A stretch of 63,995 nt of DNA, filler included, from Stramenopiles sp. TOSAG23-3 (Eukaryota), in assembly GCA_900128585.1 (NCBI GenBank). It is 4 parts of 4 records of this genome, joined end to end, with 100 filler letters (N's around TTAATTAATTAA, not from the genome) between each part and the next. Parts side by side here need not be neighbours in the genome. Positions count along the whole stretch, not along the records: positions 1 to 16,361 come from LT642491.1; 3 more parts are not named here. One strand, written 5' to 3'. Below, one piece after another: positions 1 through 10,925 of the stretch. Under the pieces are notes generated by a model. The model worked only from the letters and a program-made list of their open reading frames with translations, was not told the DNA's origin and ran no database searches. Numbering within the stretch: position 1 is the first letter of the stretch; each line of letters begins with the position of its first letter. The translations under genes and the position numbers were made by a program.

Positions 1-651
1 CTTCCGTTTGTGAAGAATGATATTATGTACACTGAACGTGAGATTAAAGGGCGTGCGAAAGAGATGGCGGCGGAGATATCGTTGAAGTACAGAAACATTT
101 TAAAACCAGGGGAATGTCTTATTGTCATTGGTTTGTTGAAAGGTGCCATTCCTTTTATGAACGATCTGGTAATGCACCTCACTGTCCCAACCCTGCTCGA
201 CTACATTGGAGTACACAGTTACGAAGGGACGGACACGACCAACACCGTGAATTTTAGGTCGGACATGATGCTTGATCCCAAAGGGAAGCACGTTTTGGTT
301 GTCGACGACATCATTGATACCGGAGGCACTTTGTTTTGGTGCAAAGATCATTTGACGAAGAAGGATCCAGCGTCAATACAAATCGCTTGTATGTTGGACA
401 AAAAGGAGAGAAGAAAACACGCCGTAGAGGCCGATTACGTAGGCTACGATGTAAGTGTGAAAGCTCGCCCCTCCCGTCTCTGTACATATCTAGTCGGTCG
501 TCTGAATTCGTCACTAACCGTTCTTCCATTTTCTGTTTTAAATGCAAAGATACCAAATAAATTCGTTGTAGGATATGGCTTAGATTTCGACCAAGCTTAC
601 CGAACGATTCCATTTGTCGCAGTTTTGGATTCCGCGGCGTATAAAAATTAA
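1..651 (+). CDS. HPRT: Hypoxanthine-guanine phosphoribosyltransferase; frame open from the window start; exons 1-450 and 550-651
   Basis: LKGAIPF, the PRPP-binding motif VLVVDDIIDTGGTL and FVVGYGLD are present. Removing 451-549 restores ADYVGYD|IPNKFVVGYGLD. Confidence 0.93.
   Translation, partial: LPFVKNDIMYTEREIKGRAKEMAAEISLKYRNILKPGECLIVIGLLKGAIPFMNDLVMHLTVPTLLDYIGVHSYEGTDTTNTVNFRSDMMLDPKGKHVLVVDDIIDTGGTLFWCKDHLTKKDPASIQIACMLDKKERRKHAVEADYVGYDVSVKARPSRLCTYLVGRLNSSLTVLPFSVLNAKIPNKFVVGYGLDFDQAYRTIPFVAVLDSAAYKN
451..549 (+). other. Spliceosomal intron, 99 nt, phase 0, no in-frame stop
   Basis: GTAAGT donor at 451, CACTAAC branch site at 512-518, AAG acceptor ending at 549. The translated insert interrupts a conserved HPRT motif. 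Confidence 0.9.
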
Positions 652-858
652 GAAGAAGAAAAGAGAGAAGAATAGAAACAAAACACCACGCAGAAAAGAA
701 GATTAGTGAAAAGTATCTCCTACAATTTCATAAATAACGGTACGGCTGTTTTTGCACTTCAAAATTGGTTTGTCCATTTACTCTATCGTTTCATTTTACA
801 AAACTCTTACGAAAAGAATATAAGCCACAACACCACACCAAAAGAACTTTAATCCAGA

Positions 859-984
859 TACCGATTCGGATCGTTCATGGACTCCACTCTAGATTTCAGT
901 TTTCAGTTTTCAGTTCGCAGTACATTCAGTTCGCAGTTCGCAGTACATTAATACTTTAAATAAAACAGCCAATTTTCTTGTTTT
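859..984 (+). repeat. Internally deleted copy of dispersed repeat family A, ending in the terminal module
   Basis: taccgattcggatcgttcatggac matches the reverse complement of ~49590-49616. It is followed by stuttered ttcagttcgcagtacatt and then aacagccaattttcttgtttt. Confidence 0.8.
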
Positions 985-1220
985 AATATATATTTTATAA
1001 TATATTTTATTTTTTTTGAAATTATAAAATAAAAAAATATTAATAATATATATTATTAAGAAGCGCGCGGCCACCAGCCACCACACCGCTTCTTCATCAG
1101 GGACACCCTGCTCCCCCGCCCTCCTTTTATTTCTGTACGTTTCGCGGCCTCGTACAGCAAGAATTCGTCCCAACGAAAGAAGAATTGACAGTCTGGGTAG
1201 AAAAATAAAGTTCTTAGTAA

Positions 1221-2500
<1,280 letters not shown>

Positions 2501-2764
2501 ACACAACCCAACGGAAGGCATTAAGAGTATAAGCGACTTTCCTACCCCGTCCCTTTCTGGGTACCGCGTTCCAACCGCCGCTTCATTGGACAAAACGGAA
2601 ATAATTAATATATGCGAACAATCACGTAAACTTAGTCCCTACACTCATGGACAAAAACCTTGTCTTCGCTCAACATTTCTTCGATTGTGTAGTAAGAAAT
2701 GTTTTTTATTTCTTTGTTTGTTTCACCTTCTGTTGGTTTTTAGTCCACATATTCAAGTTGAACT

Positions 2765-2789
2765 AAACAAGAAAATTGGCTGTTATTTA
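2765..2789 (+). repeat. Solo copy of the terminal module
   Basis: aaacaagaaaattggctgttattta. Confidence 0.85.
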
Positions 2790-2986
2790 TTTACTAAAAG
2801 TTGGGTAGCTGCATCCCGGCGGACTTTTTTTATTTTTCTTCTTTTGCTTGAATGATGGCTTCGGGTGGGGTTCAATTGAAAAAAGTAAAACGTGTATACA
2901 TAGTTTGGTTCATAGATAATCTATACTTGTATTGTATTTTAGAGATAGAATAAAGGAACATTTTCAAAGGAAACACTTTGATATTT

Positions 2987-3262
2987 AAAGTGAATACTTC
3001 GTTGACAGGGATTTATTTGAGCTCTAACAACATTGGTGCTGAAGGGGCAAAATATATCTTGCAGAGGCGTTGAAAGCGAATACTTCGTGGGCACAGATTA
3101 GTTTGTGCCATAACAACATTGGTGAAGAAGGGGCAAAATATGTTGCAGAGGCGTTGAAAGTGATTACTTCGTTGACAGAGATTATTTTGGACGATAACGA
3201 TATTGGTGCTGAAGGGGCAAAATATGTTGCAGAGGCGTTGGTATAAAATGAGAGTCTTAACG
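2987..3262 (+). pseudogene. Fragment of a 28-aa RI/NLRC3-type leucine-rich-repeat gene (three 84-nt units)
   Basis: Units start at 2987, 3073 and 3157 and encode KVNTSLTxIxLxxNxIGAEGAKYVAEAL. There is a 2-nt insertion in unit 1, a TAA after unit 3, and no start codon. Confidence 0.85.
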
Positions 3263-3348
3263 AGAAACAAAAATAAAGTGGGACAAATGGGATAGCCTGT
3301 TCTCGCGCAGAACACCACCACGCATGTTCGCCCTCGTACCTCTTACCG

Positions 3349-4626
3349 TCACCGCCTCCGTTTCGAAAGCCCCATGAGCCTGGAGATAATCGACAACATA
3401 ACCTCGTCTGCCCCACCGCCAATGGAGACGAGGCGAAGGTCGCGGTGGGCGCGGGTGATGTCGCTCTCTGTGACGAACCCCATGCCGCCCCAAAACTGCA
3501 AGCATCCATCCGTTACTTCTCGGCACAGGCGTCCCGCTTTCAGCTTTGCCATGGACGCCAGCGCCGTCACGTCTTCCCCGTTTATGTACATCTTGGTAGC
3601 CCGGTACGTCAGCGCCCGGAGCGCTTCGATTTCGGTCTGGAACTCCGCGAGCCGATACTGCACGTACTGGTTGTCGAGGATCGACTGGCCAAAGGCCTGG
3701 CGCTGGGACGCGTACGCTGCCGTCTCGGTGACGCAGGTGTCCAATGCTTTGAGAACGTTCGCTGCACAAAATATTCGCTCCTCCTGAAACTGTTCCATTT
3801 GGTAGGTAAAACCCTTCCCCTCGACACCGATAAGGTGCGTCTGTGGCACCCGGACGTTGTCAAAGTAGATTTGGGCAGTGTCCGAGCTCCTCATCCCTAG
3901 CTTGTCCAGCTTCCTCTCGACCACGACCCCCTTCGCGTCCATCGGCAAACATATCAGCGACTTGTTCATGTGTTTCGGTGCGTCCGGCGCAGGGTTCGTG
4001 TTGGCCAGCAAACACATCCAGTCCGCCTGAGTCCCATTCGTAATCCAAAGCTTGCTCCCATTGATAACGTAATCGTCCCCGTCCTTGGCCGCGTTCGTCT
4101 TTATCGAAGCAACGTCGCTTCCGGCCCCCGGTTCGCTGACGCCCAAACAGGGCAACAGGTCGCCTCGGACGGTGGGCTCGAGAAAGTTGCGCTTGACGAA
4201 TTCGGACCCATGCTTCGCCAACGCTGGCGTGGCCATGTCCGTGACGACCCCAACTGCCATGGGGACACCGCCGCATCGTATGGCGCCCATCTCCTCGGCC
4301 ATCAGAACGGAGTACGTGTAGTCCAAGCCCGCACCACCGTACTCCTCCGGCTTCGTCAACCCAAGAAACCCTGCCTCTCCCATTTTCTTGCACACTTCCT
4401 TCCCTGGCCAAATTCCTTCCTCTTCCCACTGCTCTACAAACGGGTCGATTTCCCGATCGATAAACGTCGCTAACGATTCTCCCAACGCCCGATGTTCATA
4501 CGTGTACAGGTCATGGTACCCCCCCGCAACGGTGGACTGGCACTTTGAAACCCCTACACGCGCTCCAAGGGTCCTGGCATGGAACCGTTGTTGAAAGCGA
4601 ACGGCAAGCCTCCCCGATGAAATCAT
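3349..4626 (-). CDS. Acyl-CoA dehydrogenase (AtuD/citronellyl-CoA-like, LCAD group), probably mitochondrial
   Basis: LGVSEPGAGSD, INGSKLWITNG, KLGMRSSDTA, QFQEER, QFWGGMGF and IGGGADEVM are present. An Arg-rich presequence starts at the ATG at 4626. Confidence 0.9.
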   Translation of the reverse strand: MISSGRLAVRFQQRFHARTLGARVGVSKCQSTVAGGYHDLYTYEHRALGESLATFIDREIDPFVEQWEEEGIWPGKEVCKKMGEAGFLGLTKPEEYGGAGLDYTYSVLMAEEMGAIRCGGVPMAVGVVTDMATPALAKHGSEFVKRNFLEPTVRGDLLPCLGVSEPGAGSDVASIKTNAAKDGDDYVINGSKLWITNGTQADWMCLLANTNPAPDAPKHMNKSLICLPMDAKGVVVERKLDKLGMRSSDTAQIYFDNVRVPQTHLIGVEGKGFTYQMEQFQEERIFCAANVLKALDTCVTETAAYASQRQAFGQSILDNQYVQYRLAEFQTEIEALRALTYRATKMYINGEDVTALASMAKLKAGRLCREVTDGCLQFWGGMGFVTESDITRAHRDLRLVSIGGGADEVMLSIISRLMGLSKRRR

Positions 4627-5157
4627 GGTCTCTGTAAAAATACAAATACGTCTGTTTGTGTATGTGTGCGTGCGGCAAGTAGAGAGTAGAATCAGTGAAA
4701 AAATAATCTTCAATCTTGAAGAAGCAATCTCTTTACCGTCGGATGAACAAAATAAGCAATGTGATTTGTTATTAATATTTACATTGAACATTGAAGTAAA
4801 TGACATATAAAATCAACCCCGCCGGCCCGCCGCCCGATGATGAGGAGATATAATTAATAGGATGATGATGATGGCGTCTTCCTTCTTCTTCTTCTTCTTC
4901 TTCTTCTTCTTCTTCTTTCTTCTTCTTTTCTCTCCTCCTCTCCTCTCAATTTTCGTTATTTTTTGCAATTTTTCACCACAGTACAGAAGAGAAGAAGAGT
5001 AATATATATTTAGAGAGAGAGGAGAGAGAAGTGTGGATACATTTTTTAAGAATGAGGAAGTTAAGTGGATGCCTACATTTTTAGCCCTACCGTAAATTCA
5101 CGGACGTTAGAATCGACTTGATATATCTTTCGCATCTTCACTCTATACTTGACATTC

Positions 5158-7014
5158 ATGGCTGCATGGGTCGGTATGGACGCTCGTCCGTCGAAGCGTC
5201 TTTTGGTATTGTATGGTTCCCAGACAGGGTGCGCAGAAGAGGTTGCGAAATACTTTGGACGGCAGGGTGAGCGTCGGATGTTTGACTGCCATGTGCATGC
5301 ACTGGATGATTACGATTGGAAACGTTTTCCAGGTGAGGATTTAGTCGTTTTTGTAGTGTCGACTACGGGGGACGGGGACGCCCCGGACAATATGGTAGAG
5401 TTTTGGAAATTCATTAGAAAACGAAACCTCCCGGCGACGGCGCTGTCGAACGTTTTGTTCACCGTTTTTGGCATGGGCGACAGCTCGTACGCAAAGTACA
5501 ATGCGGTGGCGCGGAAGCTTCATGTACGGATGAAGCAGTTGGGGGCAGTGGAATTTTGCCCGTTGGGGCTGGGGGACGACCAGAGCGCGAACGGCGTCGA
5601 GAGCGACGCCGACGCCTGGGCAAAGGTGATGTGGAGCATGCTGTTGGCGAGGTACCCTCTTCCGAAAGGGTTTGTTGTTGACGACACGCCCCGTTTCGAC
5701 GCAGAGAAGGACATTTCGTACGCGATGACGTATGGGGAAGGTGCCCGGTCGGAGGGCAACGCCGTCTGCGAGTTTTACGACCCCCCGCTGCGGTCGTACG
5801 ACATTGCGTTCGGCCCGATTCCCTGCGTGTTGAAAACAAACAAACGGCTCACGGCAGAATCGTGGACGCAAGACGTGCGGCACGTGGAGCTGGGGTTACT
5901 GCGGCCCGTGCCGTACGAAGCGGGGGACATTGCCGTCGTGTACCCACAGAACGTTTTTGATGTTGACGCTTTCTTACAAGGGTACCGCGCAGAAAAGGAC
6001 GGGCAAGGGGAATCGTACTCTGGCGACGATGTTGTGAACCTCACGTCCAAGGGAACGGGGCGGCAGGGTCTCCCTGCAGGTTGCACGGTGCGCGATTTGT
6101 TTTTGAAACACTTGGATGTGCTGGGCGTGCCAAAACGTTACGCGCTGGAGCAGCTGTCCCACTTTGCGTCGGACCCAGAGCAGCAGGAAAAGTTGCTTGA
6201 GATCTCGTCCAGCTCCGGGGTCGACCTGTACCATAGTTACATCTGGCGCGAGAAGCGATCGTTCCTGGAAGTGTTGGAAGACTTTGCGTCCTGCCGCCCA
6301 CCGCTGGAGGTGTTGGCCTCCATCGTCCCGTTCATTCGTCCCCGAGAGTACTCGATCTCGTCGAGCGGGTCGAAACACGCCCACCGTGAGCTGCACGTCA
6401 CCGTGGCAGTTGTCGAGTACACCACCTTTTACAAGCGCGTACGGCGGGGGCTTTGTTCGACGTGGCTGGCCGGGCTGGAGCACGGGGCACCGGTGACCGT
6501 GTGGGTCAAGAAGGGTATTCTGAAAACCCCACCGCTGCATGCCCCAATGATTTTGGTTGGCCCAGGGACGGGCGTGGCCCCAATGCGGTCGCTGGTTCAG
6601 GAACGCGTGCACGCCATCGCGGCCGGGGAACAGGGCCATGGTGGCGTGGTCGGGCAAACGTACCTCTTCTTTGGAAACCGAAAAGCCGGGAGCGATTTCT
6701 TATACAAGGACGAGTTCAACGCGTACGCCCGGGACAAGAAGCTGAACCTCATCACCGCCTTTTCCCGTGACCAGGCCCACAAGGTCTACGTCCAGCACCG
6801 GCTGGTGGAGGCGAAGGAGGCCGTATGGGACCAGCTGTCAAGGAAAGACGCAGTACTGTACATATCGGGGTCGTCAAAAGGGATGCCGAACGATGTCTAC
6901 AAGGGGCTCCTTTCCATCGCTACAGAATCCGGACAACTCTCCGAAAAGGATGCCATCCGTTTCTTCAGTACCATGAAACTCCAGAAAAGGTACCTTGTTG
7001 AATGTTGGAGTTAA
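5158..7014 (+). CDS. NDOR1: NADPH-dependent diflavin oxidoreductase 1 (Tah18 homolog)
   Basis: Flavodoxin motifs LYGSQTG, STTGDG and GMGDSSY; FAD motif REYSISS; GPGTGVAP; C-terminal ECWS; no N-terminal membrane anchor. Confidence 0.9.
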   Translation: MAAWVGMDARPSKRLLVLYGSQTGCAEEVAKYFGRQGERRMFDCHVHALDDYDWKRFPGEDLVVFVVSTTGDGDAPDNMVEFWKFIRKRNLPATALSNVLFTVFGMGDSSYAKYNAVARKLHVRMKQLGAVEFCPLGLGDDQSANGVESDADAWAKVMWSMLLARYPLPKGFVVDDTPRFDAEKDISYAMTYGEGARSEGNAVCEFYDPPLRSYDIAFGPIPCVLKTNKRLTAESWTQDVRHVELGLLRPVPYEAGDIAVVYPQNVFDVDAFLQGYRAEKDGQGESYSGDDVVNLTSKGTGRQGLPAGCTVRDLFLKHLDVLGVPKRYALEQLSHFASDPEQQEKLLEISSSSGVDLYHSYIWREKRSFLEVLEDFASCRPPLEVLASIVPFIRPREYSISSSGSKHAHRELHVTVAVVEYTTFYKRVRRGLCSTWLAGLEHGAPVTVWVKKGILKTPPLHAPMILVGPGTGVAPMRSLVQERVHAIAAGEQGHGGVVGQTYLFFGNRKAGSDFLYKDEFNAYARDKKLNLITAFSRDQAHKVYVQHRLVEAKEAVWDQLSRKDAVLYISGSSKGMPNDVYKGLLSIATESGQLSEKDAIRFFSTMKLQKRYLVECWS

Positions 7015-7334
7015 AAAATTAGGGTTATTATATAGTTGTATTCTTGGAATCTGTAGAAACCGATGATGAACATAGACAGAGGCTTGTGTATAATATTGAA
7101 TAGGAACATATTCTTCCTTTCTTGTAGTTAAAGTATATATTAGATTACATATATACACTATTCCAATGTAATTTGAATTTTCAAAAGTGAATGGTTCAGA
7201 CAAAAGGAGAGCAGTGGAACTAATATTTTGAGGTAAACGTATACAATAAATATATTACAAGTACATATAGAAAGGAGTTTAAATCGAAGATCTTATGCTG
7301 TGTATATGTTAATCAAAGAAAGTAAGATTTAAAA

Positions 7335-7680
<346 letters not shown>

Positions 7681-8028
7681 GTCGTGGCGAGGAGGAGGAG
7701 GAGGGAGGAGGAGGAAGGTAGGAAAATAATAATTTGATGAGATTGCATTGATCATGTTGTTCATTTAAGAGATAATATATATATACGATAGAGAAGTTGA
7801 ATTGTTACCATGACCGTTGATTCGTTTCTGTTATTGGGCGAGGTTAATTCTTCTTCTATACGTTAGTGGTAGTGTCCTCTATACGTTAGTGTGTCTGTGT
7901 TCTGTTCTGTTCTTCTGTTTTTAAGTGAAAGCAGAAACAGAGAGTGCGTTCGTGTGTATTAGAGAGAGAGAGAGTGAGAGAGACGTGGCGCCCGTGGGAC
8001 TGAGGTACGCTACCCTACCGTAATCACC

Positions 8029-10570
8029 ATGGCGGACTCTCTTCTTGCCCGTGCTTCTTCTTCTTCGGCGGACTCTCGTGCGTCTAAATTCTGTGCGGTG
8101 TGTGGAGAGATGGCATCGCCGACGAGGATGCAGTGCTTGTTTGAGGACCCGACCCTTAGTATCCACCACAACTGCTACAGTAAGACGATGCAACCGATAT
8201 GCAGCGACACGGCCGAGTTGATTTACACGGACCTCTATTGCGCTGAGGCCGCCGCGTTTGCCCTGAAGGCCGCGAGGATGGCCCCAGGCCCCCCCGACCC
8301 CTCGTCCGGCGACGACACAATGGTGTATCTGACGAACGAGCTGGAGGCCAAGATCGACTGGTACTATGCCGCCAATGAAATCGCCAAGCCGAAAACGTCT
8401 GACCGCGCCCCCCCCGTTTCTCTCCCGCGTCCTCAGCGGGGAGATTCAGGTGACGGAGAAGGATCTGGCACGGATGGGACACATTGGCGTGGACCAGTTT
8501 GGGCCAATGGCACGCTCGCCGGCCGTACGGTTTGGTGTTGTGGAATTGAAGCCCGTGTTTACAGGTGCAGCGGTCGCCGATGAGAATAAGAAAACTATGA
8601 AGGCCGTTGTGCTGAAAAAGTACAAATCCGGGGCAAAGCGGTTTGGGGCAGTTCGCACCAGCCCGTCAAGTTTTCGGGATCAGGCGCTAAAGGCCGCGCT
8701 GGCGAAATCGTTCGCCCCGATGGCGTCGATCCCGGGTGGTGAACCTGGCTCCAACAGCAGCGGTCTCGTGAAGGCCAAGAAGCCAACGCGCGCAAGGGCT
8801 GACGAGCGGAAGTCGAAGGGCAGGGTGTCCGTGGGAAAGGCTACAAACCGGCATGCACGCATGGGCGGCGCGGGGGGCACGGGGTCGAGCGGCAGTGCGG
8901 TCTCTCCGACGCCGGCGCGGGAAGAGGACGTGGTGATGCGCATTGCCACGGCAAGGGCAGGTGTAGGACTTAGGATGGATTCGGTGGGGGACGGCAAGGC
9001 AGCGATTATGATGAACAAACTGCTGCATAACAAAAAATTGTACAAACGAACGATGGTGAAAGGCACCTTTGTCAGCGGCTGGCAGTACCAGCTTGTTCGC
9101 GTCGGGCAGGACTCCGTGGAGTCGACCCCGCTGCCCCGGGTTTGTGACATCATCAAGGCCCAGGAGACCCCGTTTGAGATGGCCTTTGTAGCCCACAATT
9201 TTTTGTCGGTAAAAGGCACGTCGTGGAGTGAAGAGTTCCCCTCGACGCCCAAAGCGCCGCGGTCCGGGACGGACAGAGGTGCAGGCACGGGAGCGGGTTC
9301 GGCCGTTGGAAGCGCGCGCCCTTCTGCCCGGGCAGCACAAAAGGCGGTGGCCACGGACGTTGATGGGACGAAGAATTCGTCGGAAGGGTCGACGGCGGGG
9401 TCTGGCGGGAAGGGGAAGGAGCCCGATCCGGAGACGGAGCCCGAGCTGGAGAAGGAGACCGAGCTGGAAAAGGAGCCCGAGCTGGAAAAGGAGCCCGAGC
9501 TGGAAAAGGAGCCCGGGCTAGAAAAGGAGCCCGGGCTAGAAAAGGAGCCCGGGCTAGAAAAGGAGCCCGAGCTGGAAAAGGAGGCTGCGGCGAGCTCGAA
9601 AGCGCCCTCAAGGCCACGGCGAGCGCACACGCAAGCAGAGCAGCTGCTTGCGCAGTACGAGGAGGCGTTTGGATGCCTTCCCCGAACAAAGTACCAGAGA
9701 GATGTGGAGTGGCTGTCCGGCAAGCTGGACCATTACAGGAAGAAGCGAACCCCCGCGGGAAAGAAACGAACCCGCGCGGGAAAGAAGAAAACCCCTGCGG
9801 GAAAGAAGAAAACCCCTGCGGGAAACAAGCGCTCCAGTTCTGCGGTCGCATCGACGTCGAAACCACGGCCAAAGCGAGGGCGCAAGGCGTCCCCCAGGTC
9901 GGTGCCGGGGAGAAGCGGTTTTGTAAACTTCGAAAACCCGAGGGAAACGATGGAGACTACGTTGGTCGCCAAAAACAATAAAAAGAACCCGAACTTGAAC
10001 AAGGAAGTGTTCAAGTACGAGTACCCGCGATGGGTCTTTGGTGTTGTCGAGGACTACACAATAAAGAACCTATTGATCGGGTCCACTGCGATGGTCACGG
10101 AAGGTCGGGCAAAAATCGTCAACATCGTCGATGGGGAGTACCACGTGATTGTGGGCACGTCGAAGGAGGTGGAATACTTTGACGAGAAAGGAATTCAACG
10201 TTTTTTCAACGTAAAAGCCGTCTTCGAGTACGTTGTTAAGTGGGCAGACGACAGGAAGACGACGCATTCCGCGGAAGCGCTCAAGCTATTGATAAACCCG
10301 CTGCAAAAGAACGATGGGGTTGTAACGACGTTTGAGGGGGAGGACCCATCGTTGCTTTCCGTAGAGTCCCGTTGCATCAAACACGATTCAAAGAAAAAGC
10401 TATGGGTGTATGCCATTAAATTATTGGAGGAAAAAAAGGACGGGACGTGGGCAAAAACAAATCGAGAATTTTTCGTCCCCATCGCAGATTTCACTCCAGT
10501 AAAGATTAGTCCAGTCGGGGTCGGAAAAAACATCCGCAGGTTTAAGCTCGACGAACCAAAGTTTTGGTAA
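8029..10570 (+). CDS. Uncharacterised, probably nuclear protein split by a +1 frameshift at the C8 run 8408-8415; N-terminal Cys/His cluster and internal tandem repeats
   Basis: ORFs 8029..8583 and 8366..10570 join (DRAPP|FLSRVLSG) if one C is removed. CAVC...C...HHNC lies at the N-terminus, and there are basic NLS-like repeats. Confidence 0.6.
9437..9580 (+). repeat. Coding minisatellite, 8 x 18 nt (EPELEK / EPGLEK)
   Basis: Units of gagcccgagctggaaaag are directly visible. Confidence 0.95.
9740..9823 (+). repeat. Coding minisatellite, 4 x 21 nt (KKxTPAG)
   Basis: Units of aagaagaaaacccctgcggga are directly visible. Confidence 0.9.
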
Positions 10571-10700
10571 GAAGAGCCGGTGGAGGAGAGGGACGACAAG
10601 GCTTCTTATGAAAATTACTCGCGCGCGTATATTTCTGATTTGAAAAAAAAAACGAGAGAGAGAGAGAGAGAAAGAAAGAAAGCAATTATTCAGTGTTTAC

Positions 10701-10731
10701 AACAAGAAAATTGGCTGTTGTTTAAGTAATT
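10701..10731 (+). repeat. Solo copy of the terminal module
   Basis: aacaagaaaattggctgttgtttaagtaatt. Confidence 0.85.
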
Positions 10732-10925
10732 ATCTCAAATTAAAAACAAATAATATGCGTGTGCTGCTATTTAAGATATTTTATTCTAAAAGTTACTTCG
10801 TACGTTTTTTACGACTCTAATTCTTAAGAATTGCACCCTTGGATTTTCTCCCAATTCATCCTTCCTTGTAATTTGTTTTACCCACTTAAGTTCCTTCCTG
10901 ACGACGCGCAGACATTTCTCATTTT

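Noticed and set aside
1040-1110. Possible hammerhead core CTGATGA with a stem on the minus strand
   Set aside because: No GAAA after stem II and no closing stems.
2765-2789. The module as a spliced-leader relic (it ends in TTTAAG, with an Sm-like U tract on the other strand)
   Set aside because: SL relics lie upstream of start codons; these copies lie downstream of stop codons.
4633-4736. Possible 5'-UTR intron of the acyl-CoA dehydrogenase (GTAAAG…TTTTTACAG on the minus strand)
   Set aside because: Plausible, but the signals are weaker than in the two confirmed introns and it cannot be tested without transcripts.
8680-9723. Long antisense ORFs (also 11056-12429 and 45544-46611)
   Set aside because: They are shadows of GC-rich sense genes with no recognisable motifs.
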